DNA of 64,000 nucleotides. Origin: Strigamia acuminata. Taxonomy: Eukaryota. The stretch covers positions 28,334,001 to 28,398,000 of the forward strand of contig OX442314.1 of the NCBI GenBank assembly GCA_949358305.1. Reading direction: 5' to 3'. Below, one piece after another: positions 12,336-24,400 of this stretch. The first letter of the stretch is position 1, and each line of letters begins with the position of its first letter. Both the position numbers and the translations under genes were made by a program. The notes beneath the pieces are model-generated. The model worked only from the letters and a program-made list of their open reading frames with translations, ran no database searches and was not told the origin of the DNA.

Positions 12336-15100
12336 TTATTCAATCCGAACAAGTCCCATCATTAAAAGGAACTTCTCGTGTTTAGGTGCAAATAAACCTT
12401 TAGTTAACACGTCCGCTGGCATCTCACCTGTTTGTAAATATTCGACTCGAATGTGTCCATTTTCTTGGACTTCACGGATGAAATGGTAGCGGATGTCGAT
12501 GTGTTTGGTTCGAGAGTGGTTTACCGGATTTGCTGCTAATCGTTTTGCTCCTTGATTGTCATTATAAATAATTACAACTGGTGGTACTGATTTTTTGCTG
12601 ATTTCTTCAATGAATCTTTTTAGGCAAATAGCTTCTCGTGAGCAGTCCGATATTGACATATACTCGGCCTCAGTGCTCGATAAGGCAATTGTTTTTTGTT
12701 TTTGAGCAGTCCAGCTAACTGCGCAGCCCGCCAATTTGAACACGAATCCAGTGTGTGAGTGGCGACTATTTAAATCACCTGCCCAGTCGGCATCGGCGTA
12801 TGCGACGAGATCTTCTCCGGTTTTCTTGAACATTAATCCTAAGTTGATCGTCTCGTGGAGGTATCGTAGAACTCGTTTTCCTGCGACAATGTGCTGTGAA
12901 TCAAAGTCATTGTTATACTGACTCAATGCGCTCACGGCATATGCGAGGTCGGGACGAGTCATTACGGCCAAATACATTAGGGACCCGACCAAACTTTGAT
13001 AAGGAAATTTTCGTGTTTCCGGTTTTCGATCTTCGAGTTTAACACCTGATCGCCTCAATTTAGCGTTTGCGTCCAGTGGGGTTGCGATCGGTGTGCACTG
13101 GTCCATATTAAAACGTTTTAACACGTCGAACGCGTATTTTCTTTGGCACATCGTGATCGTATTTTTTGCGAGATTCTGAGCAAATTCGATTCCGAGGCAG
13201 TAACCAATGGCACCCAAATCTTTCATTTCGAATTCGCCTTTTAACGATTTTTTCAGGTTTTTGAACGATTTTTCATTGTTGAATGCGATAATTAAATCGT
13301 CGACGTAGATTCCGATGATCGTGTATTCGGTTCTGGTTTGTTTGATGTATACGCATGGGTCGAAATTCGATGGTTTAAAACCAAACTTACGCAATTTTTG
13401 GTCGAGCTTGATGTACCATTGTCTCCCGGACTGTTTTAAACCGTAAATCGATTTCAAGAGTCGCAACACTTTGTCGTTCTTCGTTCCGGTGACTTCATCA
13501 AATGATTCGGGTTTTTCCATATAAATTTCCTCCTCGAGTTCGCCGTTAAGGTATGCGGTGACTGCATCCAACTGTTCTACAGTCAGATTTTTCTCGACGG
13601 CGATTGCCATAATCATGCGAATAGAATTGGCACGAGCAACTGGTGCGAACGTTTCATTGTAGTCGACTCCAAAGCGTTGCGTGAAGCCCTTCGCTACAAG
13701 GCGCGCCTTCCGTCTTTCGATGGTTCCGTCCGCTCTGTATTTAGTTCGTAGGACCCATCGGCTGCCAATCGTTTTTTGTTTCTTGGGCCGTTCCACTTCT
13801 TCCCACGCACCGTTTTTAATCAATGCGTCGTATTCCGATTTTAATGCGGCTCTCCATTCGTTCGCGTGGTCGCTCTCGAGAGCCTCTCTAGCGGTCACTG
13901 GATCATCGCACTCAACGAAGTTCGCAAAGATTTCGTCCTCGTCTTCACTCTGATCCGGAATGGTAGGAACAGTTTGGTAAACTTTCCTGGGTCGCCCTCT
14001 CTTTCCGGTCTTGACGAGTAATGGACGTCCGGGCCCCCTTTTACGCTGGGGTGAGTCGGGGACGACATCTGCGGCTTCCGGTATGATTTCGGGGATTTCG
14101 TTCTCGGACTCGGTTTCACTTGAAACTTCGGTTTTAGTTGTTTCGATGACTTGGTTCGTTTGAATTTCCAAAAAATCGTATTCGTTTTCGTCTTCATCTT
14201 CGTCTCGGAACTCGGGTTCGATTCTGGCGTCTTCGTTTACGAACTTAACGTCCCGTCCTTTGAAAAACCTGCATTTTTTAACGTCGTAGAGTCGGTATGC
14301 TTTTGAATCTTCGTCGTATCCGGTGAAGATGCACTCGAATGATTTCGCGTCAAACTTTCCAAGATTTGAGCCTTTATCGAGGCAAAAGGCCTTCGATCCG
14401 AACTTTTGAAAGTAACTGATATCCGGTTTTTTTCCTTTCCAAATCGAATATGGAATTTCACCATCTAGTGACTTCGAGGGGCAGCGATTTCGAATATGAT
14501 TTGCGGTGAATATCGACTCGGCCCAAAATGATTTCGGTAAATGTGAATTCAAAATCTGGCATCGTGCCATTTCGACCAGCGTCCGGTTACGTCTCTCGGC
14601 GACGCCATTTTGTTCTGGCGTGTATTCGACCGTTAATTGACGTTTAATACCATTGTCGGACAGGAAATCGTCGAAATTTCTATTTACGTATTCCCTTCCG
14701 TTATCGCTGCGAAAAGCTTTAATTCGTTGTCCAGTTTGATTTTCTGCATACCGTTTGAACTCTTTAAAAGCGTCCAAAACTTTGGATTTTTTCGAGAGAA
14801 AAAATATGGCGCCCCATTTCGATTTATCGTCGATGAATGATACGAAATATCTGGAACCGCCGGGAGATTGAACACGCATCGGGTCGCAAACATCGGAGTG
14901 GACCAAATCTAGTAAGTTTTCACTTTTCGATTTGCTCTTTTTCGGGAACGATTTTTGGGTTAGCTTCCCTTTAATACAAGTTTCACATGGTTCGAGCTTG
15001 TCAGATTTCTTGATCGTTATCCCGCTTACGAGCTGATTGTTGACGAGTTTTTTCAAGTCGGATTCGTTTAAATGGCCAAGTTTTTCGTGCCATTGTTGAA
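12336..15100 (-). CDS. Copia Pol (integrase, RT, RNase H), out of frame with Gag
   Basis: WHEKLGH, HSDVC..SDNGREY..NGVAERRNR, LDAVTAYL, YVDD, YADADW, ADVLTK in ORF 12336-15275. Confidence 0.93.
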
Positions 15101-16006
15101 TTTTGTTTGAATATGGGAAGTTGTTCCACTGTCCAACACCCATTCGTTGGAACTTTCTCGTGCAAGGTTCGATTTTTCGGTGTTTTTTCCCGGCCTTATG
15201 TCTGCAAGGAAAGATCGTAAATATGATGAGTCTTCGAATTCCGCGGCCTTCTGTTGTTTTTTCAGTAAAAAACATTCCGAAATGTTGTGTCCGAGCTTTT
15301 TACAGTGGTCGCACTGTTTTCCGTTGGATTTTCGGACGGTATTCACACGATCGTTTTTAGATTTCGGTTTTCTGTTTTTGGCAAACATTGCGTTATCGTC
15401 CGAATCTGTTCGATCCTCGACATTTTTTCGGCTTTGCCAATCGTCCGTCACCTTTTTAAGGACTTTTTCGAATGTTGGCATGGTCTTTTTGGTCCGAATG
15501 GCAGCTCGTATTGCGGTGAAGCTTTCGGGTAGGCTTAGCAAGAATATCGCAGTGGTCAGTTTATCGGGCGTAAGTTTTGTCGAGTTTTCTTCGAGACTTC
15601 GAAGGGTTTCGGAAAAGAATATCGAGTGATTTTTAAAATCGTCGTCTGATTTTAGTTTTTTCATGATCATTTCGGTCAGCATCGATGTGATTTTTATGTC
15701 GCCCGTATCGTCGTAGACTTCCTGGAGTTTTTTGTACATATGAAATGCACTCGGTTGGCCGTCCACGTGTCGCATTTGATCGAGTGAGATCGCGGTTAGT
15801 AGATCGCTTTCGGCTTTGCCGTTATTTTCGTTCCATTCTTCTAGTTCGGTTTCTGATTTTTTATCGCCGGCGATTACGGCTGGGCGAGGATGTTCGGTTT
15901 CAATCCATTTCCAGGTCTTTCGTGCATAACATGCGGCTTTTAGCTGCAGTTTCCACCCACGATAATTGGTGTCGTTTAGTTTCTCCACTCTGGTATGATC
16001 GGTCAT
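15068..16006 (-). CDS. Copia Gag with CCHC knuckle and start of protease (truncated)
   Basis: LNDTNYRGWK, CDHCKKLGHNISEC, WVLDSGTTSHI, after which homology stops. Confidence 0.9.
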   Translation of the reverse strand: MTDHTRVEKLNDTNYRGWKLQLKAACYARKTWKWIETEHPRPAVIAGDKKSETELEEWNENNGKAESDLLTAISLDQMRHVDGQPSAFHMYKKLQEVYDDTGDIKITSMLTEMIMKKLKSDDDFKNHSIFFSETLRSLEENSTKLTPDKLTTAIFLLSLPESFTAIRAAIRTKKTMPTFEKVLKKVTDDWQSRKNVEDRTDSDDNAMFAKNRKPKSKNDRVNTVRKSNGKQCDHCKKLGHNISECFLLKKQQKAAEFEDSSYLRSFLADIRPGKNTEKSNLARESSNEWVLDSGTTSHIQTKFNNGTKNLAI

Positions 16007-16090
16007 TTTCGATTTATTTCGAATATTTCGGACGGATTTAACGAGATTTAGTTTACGTGGAACGAAGCGATTACGATTGCCAATTAGTTT

Positions 16091-16120
16091 GCGCAGTGGA
16101 AGCGTGCTGGGCCCATAACC
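16091..16120 (-). promoter_or_regulatory. Extended half-tRNA-iMet primer-binding site
   Basis: Plus strand GCGCAGTGGAAGCGTGCTGGGCCCATAACC equals nt 10-39 of arthropod initiator tRNA-Met as I recall it, and directly abuts the LTR. Confidence 0.88.
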
Positions 16121-16209
16121 TGTTGTTATGTTGCTAAGAAAACGAATGTGATATGCACGGAACGACTTGGAGAGAACTGATTTTATTCAAATAAACATGT
16201 GGGTTATAT

Positions 16210-17577
16210 CATAATAGTAGAAAGGGAAGTAGCGAAACTCCCTATTTCGGGTGTTGGTCCGCATGGTGGCGCCACTGTCTTTAGGGCTGGACACGGTTAA
16301 ATTTAACATGTCTACAAACATGTTTTTGGATTTGAATTTTGAATTTAATTTTTGATGATTTATTGAAGATTTAGTATTATTTAGTCTTTGTTTATAAAGA
16401 TTTAGTGTTATTTTGTCTTTGTTTATAAAGATTTAGTGTTATTTTGTCTTTGTTTATTAAATTTAGTGTTACTTTTTATTTATAAAGATTCAATGTTTTT
16501 TATTTATTTATATGGGGATATAGTTTTTTGTTTAATTTATTTATTACTTTGTAAGAAAGATTTAATTTAATTTTTCGTTTTATTAAATTTTAATATTATT
16601 CTTCATCTATATTTTCATTTAGTTTTTAAATGATTTTAAAAGGCTCCGTGACAAGTAACTAAAACACAATACAATGATACAATTGGTTTGTTATTTATTC
16701 TTTTTATATTACCAGGGCTGGACTGGATGCAAATTTAGTATTGGGAAAACTGGATGAGTCGGGCCACAAGGACGGGCTACGGTGGGCCACAGGGACGACG
16801 GGATACGGTGGGCAACAGGGACGGGCTACGGTGGGCCACAGGGACGGGCTACGGTGGGCAACAGGGACGGGCTACGGAGGGCAACAGGGACGGGCTATGG
16901 TGGGCAAGAGGGACGGGCTACGGTAGGCAAGAGAGACGGGCTACGGTGGGCCAGGAAAGGGTCACGGTGGGCCCGGCACAGGCCACCGAGAAATTCCCGG
17001 TAGCCCGCCGGGCCAGTCCAGCACTGTATGTTATCTACAGCTTCAAATTAAAGCTTCAAACTTCAAACTTCTAAACACCAGATGTGAATGTGCCTCCAAT
17101 AGGGATGCGCACTAAAAATAACTATTTATTACCTAAAAGCATTCAAAAAATGACAAAATTTAGTTCACCTAAAGGAAAATTAAATTAGATTTCAAAAAGG
17201 TGTTCAAACAAAATATAGAACATCAAAATAAATAAGTCAAACCTTTAAAGTTTACATGTAGCAGACGCGTGGGCTTTAAATCCCCAGCCCTATTGACTGC
17301 AGCGCCAATTCGCAAGTTTTTTCCGCGGAAACTCTTACTGGATTCGCTCACCAACACACTGTTGTGATTTTAATTAGCAATAACTAAACAAATACAGAAT
17401 TAAGACTGAAGTTTTAAATGAAAAGTAAAATATTGTTTATTTCGTTGTGTAAATTCATCGGTATTTTAATTATTTTTCATTTCACATTTGAGAATTTGAG
17501 CTTTTTCCCGACCTATGTCGTGAACTGGGAAGGAGGCGGAGCTTAGGAGTTTCGCTACTTCCCTTTCTACTATTATG
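16210..17577. mobile_element. Non-autonomous DNA transposon, P-element-superfamily-like, inside the copia 5' LTR
   Basis: Perfect 32-bp TIR CATAATAGTAGAAAGGGAAGTAGCGAAACTCC and 7-bp TSD GTTATAT, confirmed against the uninterrupted 3' LTR. Superfamily inferred from the CAT..ATG ends and TSD length. Confidence 0.85.
16713..17026. mobile_element. hAT-like MITE containing a 23-bp minisatellite
   Basis: TIR CAGGGCTGGACTGG / CCAGTCCAGCACTG. Internal array of GGGACGGGCTACGGTGGGCAACA (about 8 units, 16770-16950). Degenerate 8-bp flanks tatattac / tatgttat. Confidence 0.7.
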
Positions 17578-18089
17578 GTTATATACACAAAATACATGGA
17601 AACGTCACATGGACGTTTCCGGTCAGTTTTGACCAATGGGGTCAACATCCAACACACCCACTCAACACGGATGTATCGTGGACGTTTTGTAGCGATGCGG
17701 GAATGTTTGATATTCCAACAGAAAAGTTGAAAATAATAATTATAAGCTAAAGTTCATGTTTTAATTTTGTCACAAACATCGTCGCTAATTATATAGTGCA
17801 GGCACGCTTTATTAATAAATTGCAAAACATTATTAAATATTCAAAAAAATATTTTCAGTATATGTAAATTAAAAATATTTCCAATAACTACAACAACGAT
17901 CTCAACAGTATGCATTCACAGGAAATGTGAAAACGTGTTTAGTATGAACGGTTTGTGAGATAAAAAAAAAAAGGCCTGGTTAAATTCAAAAGTTCTATTT
18001 AAATGTATTTAAGATTTCTGTTACAACTAATAGTTGTGATTTGCAGACCATTTGATAAACTAGAATTATATAATATGAAAATTTTGCTA

Positions 18090-18771
18090 ACTAATGGCTT
18101 GGGGATGGTTTCTCGTATGGGCATCGGTCTAAATCATCAAATTACGAGTCTCATGGGCCAATATACTTACAAAAAAGTATTGGAGGATTTTTATGCTTCC
18201 ATTTGCAGATGATAAACTGTCTTTGACATGGATATTTCAGCAGGATAATGATCCTAAGCATAAAGTCATGTCGGTTACTCAGTGGTTACAAACCCATCAC
18301 ATTGAGGTTTTGACTTGGCCTGCACATTCGCCAGATCTAAATCCTACAGAAACAGTGTGGAACGATGTTGAGAAAGGAGTAAAAAATGCAAAACCTGCAA
18401 ATTTGTCGGAATTATTTGACATTATCGAGGTGAAATGGGAAAACATTCCTCTCGAACGCTGTATTCGTTTAGTTCACACAATGAATAGATTATTCAAATA
18501 ATAATTATTCAAATAAACAATGAATTTCTCAAGAAGCAGGGTTTTTTTGTGCTTTTTTGAATGTGCTGCTAAACTTATGTGCAGCAACAAATTGTACACA
18601 AACACTAAAAGTTACAATTGGTAATTACAATGTATGATTTGTTTAAATGTTTTTGCATTTTCTAAAAGCAGAATTTAATGCCAAATTCATATTTTGTATC
18701 AGAAAGACTTTTTGACAAAACACAAAATAGTGCAAATGACAGTAGTGGTGCTAAACTTTTGACCACCACTG
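18090..18771 (+). mobile_element. Tc1-like transposon 3' remnant
   Basis: WIFQQDNDPKH..WPAHSPDLNPTETVW (DD34E region). Ends in ACCACCACTG followed by TA. Left boundary approximate. Confidence 0.88.
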
Positions 18772-19761
18772 TAAATTCACTGCTTAGCTAAAAACTTACT
18801 TCGCGACATAATAAGTGATGATTAACGGTAGTCCGCATTCCGCCATCGTCACAAGTGTCTTTCTTCCGTTTTTGATCTATTAACTGCTTGATATAGCTCC
18901 ATTCACAACACTCATTACGAGTTTGCTTGATTTTCTGCGCTGTTCATATTTAAAATTAAAATTATTTTTGAACTTTGAAATTCTGTTTATCAAATTTTAT
19001 GATGTAATTTTACCTGCGGAATCGTTTCTTGGTGTTAGTCTGGGATAGTCTTGAGTTTTGACCTCCCATTCCTTTGTTTTCAGCCGTGTTTAGAGACCAA
19101 TCGTTCGAGCTTTCAAACCAAGGCAACCATTGCTTTCTCGATGACGTCACTTCTGCAAAGAGTTATAAATATTTATTGATTATAAGAATTTCAATGCTTA
19201 AGAGGATTAATTAATTAATTCTAAATATATTTATGACAATCTTTACTCTCTAATGTGTATAATTCAGAATTTTATCATTTAACTTGAGAAATAACGAAAT
19301 ATAAGCTCTGTGATTGGTTGATTTTTTTTATTTCACTAACAAGTAAGTGACTGGAACAACATTCATTTTTAAGGTTTCTGGAAGTGCTGAATTGTAATTT
19401 AAATATATTCCTAGTGTTTTAGAAGTGATTATGACCTGAAATCTCTATTTTTTTAATGACTATTCTCGCAGCCGGATTTATAACGGCTGTCTCTAGTTAC
19501 CTTAGGCTGTCTGGATGCTTGCGCGGATACGGCCTACTCGTAAATTCTTGTGGTAGCAAGATTGCTAGAGAAGTATCAAATATACTTACTCAACTGTATC
19601 GTCTATCGCTCCAATTTGGTTTAAAGTTGGCCTGATGGTTGAAGTTTTGCTGTGATCTGTTGTATAGTTTGGTAAGTTCTCTCCAAAGGTGGGAAATCCC
19701 CAAGGTTTATACAGTGGGGCCACGTGACTGCTCGGGGTGCACACCTGCCCTTCCAGGAATT

Positions 19762-20010
19762 CAATTTTAATTTGATAAAATTTAATTTAACATACAATTT
19801 TAATTTGATAAAATTTTATGCAATATTCAATTAGATAGAATTTTATGCAATATTCAATTAGATAAAATTTTATGCAATATTCAATTAGATAAAATTTTAT
19901 GCAATATTCAATTAGATAAAATTTTATGCAATATTCAATTAGATAAAATTTTATGCAATATTCAATTAGATAAAATTTTATGCAATATTCAATTAGATAA
20001 AATTTTATGC
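19762..20010. repeat. 27-bp AT-rich minisatellite, about 8 units
   Basis: Tandem TATTCAATTAGATAAAATTTTATGCAA. Confidence 0.95.
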
Positions 20011-20384
20011 CAGTGGCTACGGCGACAATGCCTTTGAAAACTGGCACCAGGGGAATCGGAGTTACATTAGGCGCCTAGTTGAAGGGTCTGACTAGGATCG
20101 CAGTAGGGCAGGGGCAAAAGGTATGGAGGGAACTGACCCAGTTTACAGTAAAGCGGGGGCAGAGGGGAAATAGGGCACATTAGATGCCAAAAATTAGCTT
20201 AGCTTGGCTAATAAATTCTTTTATTACATATTCTGAACCTATACACAATACACATGCACCAAATAACAGATTTGAATTCTACTGAATATTACACAGCCCA
20301 ATAACCTGTCAAATTAATGGGAAAAAAATTTCATAACTCTTAAATGAAGCCTAGCCCATGCTAAAAAGCTGTTTGTTTGTCGCC

Positions 20385-20682
20385 GATGGTCACATCCTCC
20401 ATGAATGGCTGCGTGGGTCGTAGGTGAGTACGACATGAATGTTATGTTGAACCGACTACGTCATCCGTGGGGCTCACGCCCTGTGTGTGACGGGTCGGTT
20501 GGCGGTGTGGTGTGCCTGACTGGCACCCCTGCAACAGGTGACGGGATTCCGCAACCCCTAGACAAACGTAGTAAAGGCCAACAACCACTAATATGGAGTT
20601 TCTCGTCATTTCACGTGAGTATCCGTCCCACACCAGGATAACCAGTCCCCGGGTTACCTTGGCGAAGACCATACCAGTCACA
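20385..20682. mobile_element. Diverged partial copy of the 1080-1655 LTR, in opposite orientation
   Basis: Shares gtgtgtgacgggtcggttg, cacccctgcaac and the terminal accataccagtcaca. Left boundary approximate. Confidence 0.75.
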
Positions 20683-21454
20683 ACCTTTAAGCAGAATAAT
20701 GAAAAGAAAGTGATTACAATAGTACCGACAATGTTCAAGATTTAAAAGATAAATTGAACTCGAACTTAAATGTTAACAATTCAATTCATCAAAAATAGTG
20801 AATTTATCAAAATGAAAGAGTAAATAAATGCAATAAGTAGTTTAAGATTAGCATAAATGTAATGTGACTCTAAACAAACATTCAGCAAGTCTAAATTGAT
20901 GAAAGAAACCACGTTTTTTAGTTAATTAACAGAAGAAGAAAAATCTATCAAACGATGAAGAAATATACAAGTGAGTAATTATGTGTTTAATATCATTCAA
21001 TAAGGAATTACAAAGAGCATTCAAATTGGTTAGGCAAATGCCTGAAGTTTTCTTTAATGAAAAAAGGTAAGTGAAAGGACTGCCATAACCCCCTTGCTTA
21101 AAGTAAATCAAAATAAATGGATTACTTGAGTAAAATACGTCGTCAATTACATCATGTGCGAAATACATGGTCAAGCAGATTTTTCTAAACTAATTTGAAC
21201 GCACCGACTTAAATTTTAAATGATTAGACAGGCATTAAAATTCTAACTATTTCCCTACATTATATTAAACAGTTAAAACTATTCTAGTTTTTCTAGAGGC
21301 AATACAGAGAAGTGTTAAACACTAAAAAGAAGAGTCATGTACAATAAAACTGTAGCTATTTTACCCTACAGATTGTTTCAGTCACTGAAACTAGATAAAC
21401 ACTGTGCATGTGCAGTAAATGATACTCCGTAATTAATAATTGGAAAGCTGCATT

Positions 21455-24400
21455 TTAGGTAACTTCAGATTTGATGCTCTGAATTAGTATTTGAGTTTTT
21501 TAACTCGAGTATATATAATGGGAGATGTCCGTATATAATTATTCCGAGTACCATAAACTGATTTACTATCTTTTGCAATAATTCTGGAATTGCAAGAATT
21601 GAAAGGCCAAGCATTAGTGCAAAAGAATTTCCAATATCGCAACACAATGCAACTGCAGTGTAGGATAATATTTGTGTAATCTGTTCAATTATGCTATTCA
21701 TTGGACTTAAACCAAGAACCTTGAGTGGAAATGCTTCAGGATGTTGAAAGTAAACATAAGTGTTAAATATTTGTTCTTCACAAGGATGGTAACATCCACA
21801 GTCTTTCGTTATGTCAACTTTTAAGGAATTCTTCATGAATAGTTGTAATGAAGAAATTGCTTTTTCAGCATTTGCACAGATATTATTTGTTACATTATCC
21901 AAAAATGGTAGCCTAAAATTATAAAGACTTATTACAACCCAGTGCAGTAACGCATGGACCTCTTCCGAGTCCTCTTGTACCAGCCCATACAGAATCTTTA
22001 GTAATGTTTGTAAATTTAGATTCTAAAATGACCAAGAACTTGAAAAAAAATATAATTTGAGATAGACACACGACAGTAGGTGCATTCAATAAGTGTAAAA
22101 CGTATGCAAAACTCGTTTCGTGTTTGCACGTGACGTCATTCCCATTGAATAACATGTTATTCAATTCGAATGGGAATGACGTCACGTGCAAACACGAAAC
22201 GAGTTTTGCATACGTTTTAGACTTATTGAATGCACCTAGTCTTATTTTGCATTCTGATGTCACCCTGATTGATGGGGTCAGCCCAGTGCAGTCTGCACTC
22301 CCTGAACTCTGATAAAGAATTTTTATTTATAACTCTAGAACTCCTGGATTTTGAGGGCCCCAGTAACTTAGCAACATTCAAATCTGTGAAGAATTACGAC
22401 TCACTTGCATAGAACAGAATTATAAATCTTTTTTTCATAACATTCATCCCGGCATCGTTTGTATTTGTCATGGTCAAGACAAGGTTGTGCTCGTAAGTTT
22501 AATCGGACGATCTAAAATAAAGCAAATGATTCAACAGTTTATATGTAATAATCTGATTATTACTTTAATCATTCTATATGTAATAACGACTAAGGTGTTA
22601 TCCACAACACTTCTTCTACTTCTGAGAATTGATGGTATTTCAGCATAATTTTGTCGAAAGTACACCTAAGAAAAAATTACGATTTACCATAATTTTTACA
22701 TTTATACTCTTGAGTAAAAATATGAACACTTCCCCTTTGCAATTTACACCCGTATAACAACCATCCATGTTCATTTACCGTAACAATGACTTTCCATAAA
22801 ACTAACATTACTCGTAAGTGATGTTTTCCAAATACTCAAAGTGATAAAAAATATTATAAAACTATTTGAATAAAGAGTTAGTAGGGATTGCAGTACCGGT
22901 TTCAGTATCGGTTCCAGTACCGGTATTGGTACCGGGATTCAGTACCAGTCTTGGTACCGAGGTTTTTTTTCTGTCGGTACTGAGGGCCGGTACTAGTACC
23001 GTAAGCTTTTCTTGGTACCGGAACCGTCCCTCACACCGGAACCGGAACCGGTACTTTCCATCATCACAAACAACACAACAACGCCAACTACTACCAGCAT
23101 TTCTAATGATGTAGGAGGTGACAAATTTTATTTCACTCGTTATTTACTCTTTTTAAATTAACTTGGAAATAGTAATAATGGCAAATGGCTGAACTAGAAC
23201 AGCAAGCTTTTGAATCTGACACAAAAAAGACTTGTACTAAATTTCCAAATCTGGTGCCACAACTTCAAACCCCAATATCTCAACAACCAGACCACGGATT
23301 TTTTTATTTCCAAAACCAAACGATATAGAGGACCTTCTCCTCTACAAACCCTAAAAGGCAGAACACTCTATCCCTCTTGGTTTTTGAGCGGCGACCGTTT
23401 GAATTTGGCGCAACTGAAATTACAAAACCCAAATATTCCAAGTTTTTAGCATTTTTGATTTCAGCGTTTTTGATTTCACGGTTTTTGTTTTCCTCATTTT
23501 TGTAATTCAGCGTTTTATGTTTTCAGCGTTGTTGCATTTCAGAGTTTTTGATTTCCATGCTTGCTACACGAAGGATCCCCGAAGGATCGCCGAAAGCTCT
23601 CCTGCAGGCTCCCCAATGTTTAAGTGTCCGCCACTCGAAAACTAAGAGGGGTAGAGTGTTGTACCTTTCAGGGTTTGTAGAGAAGGTCCTCTATATCGTT
23701 TGGTTATTTAAATAAAAAAATCCGTGATCAGGTTGTTGAGATATGGGGTTTGAAGTTGTGGCACCAGATTTGGAAATTTAGTAAAAGTCTTTTTTGTGCC
23801 ATGCTTGCTGCTCGAAAATTAAGAGGAGTAGAGACTTGTGCTGTTCACGGTTTGTTTAGGAGTAAGTCCTCTATCTTTTCGTGTAAAAACCATTGAAATC
23901 CGTGGTAACAAAAATTGGGATTTGTTCTATCTGTAGTTGGGCAAATGTGAATGTGGTGCCAACTTCAGCCTGGTGAATAAATTGCAGTACTACAGTATTA
24001 TCTAATTATACATGACAAATAAATATTTTTGTTGAAAAATAGACTGACTTTCCAGAACCGGTACCAATACCGGTGCCAGTACCGCTTTCGGTAGTAGTAC
24101 CGGCCCAATACCGGTGCCCATTTTTCATTGGGAACCGGAACCGAATATAGTACCGGAAAAAAATTTCAGTACCGAATACCGGTACCATGAAAACCGTCCG
24201 GTACTGCAATCCCTAAGAGTTAGTTGCCACTATTCTTGACAAAAGTGATAATTGAAACTTCATATGTGCACTAATTGACGTGTAGACAAATCATACATTA
24301 CTTCATACTCATGCTGATTACATAATTGACCTGCCAATGGTCGCAGACTAAAAAATATTAGTGAAGCAGCTCCGGCATATTTCAGTGGTGCTGCAACAAG

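Larger units (their letters stand above)
12087..17720 (-). mobile_element. Ty1/copia LTR retrotransposon, protease-deleted, 5' LTR interrupted
   Basis: 3' LTR 12087-12311; 5' LTR 16121-16209 plus 17578-17720; 5-bp TSD GAAAA (12082-86, 17721-25). The empty site is seen in the paralogous flank near 34928. Confidence 0.95.

Noticed and set aside
15068..15275. Programmed gag-pol frameshift
   Set aside because: The overlap coincides with loss of most of the protease, so a deletion explains it better.
16091..16120. Initiator tRNA-Met gene
   Set aside because: Only 30 nt, no 3' half. It is the copia PBS.
16741..17074. Gly/Arg-rich repetitive ORFs; CRISPR-like appearance
   Set aside because: Translations of a 23-bp minisatellite. 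No unique spacers, no cas genes, eukaryotic context.
19787..20047. ORF with (CIKFYLIEY)n, and likewise 36922-37365
   Set aside because: Artefact of minisatellites whose unit is a multiple of 3.
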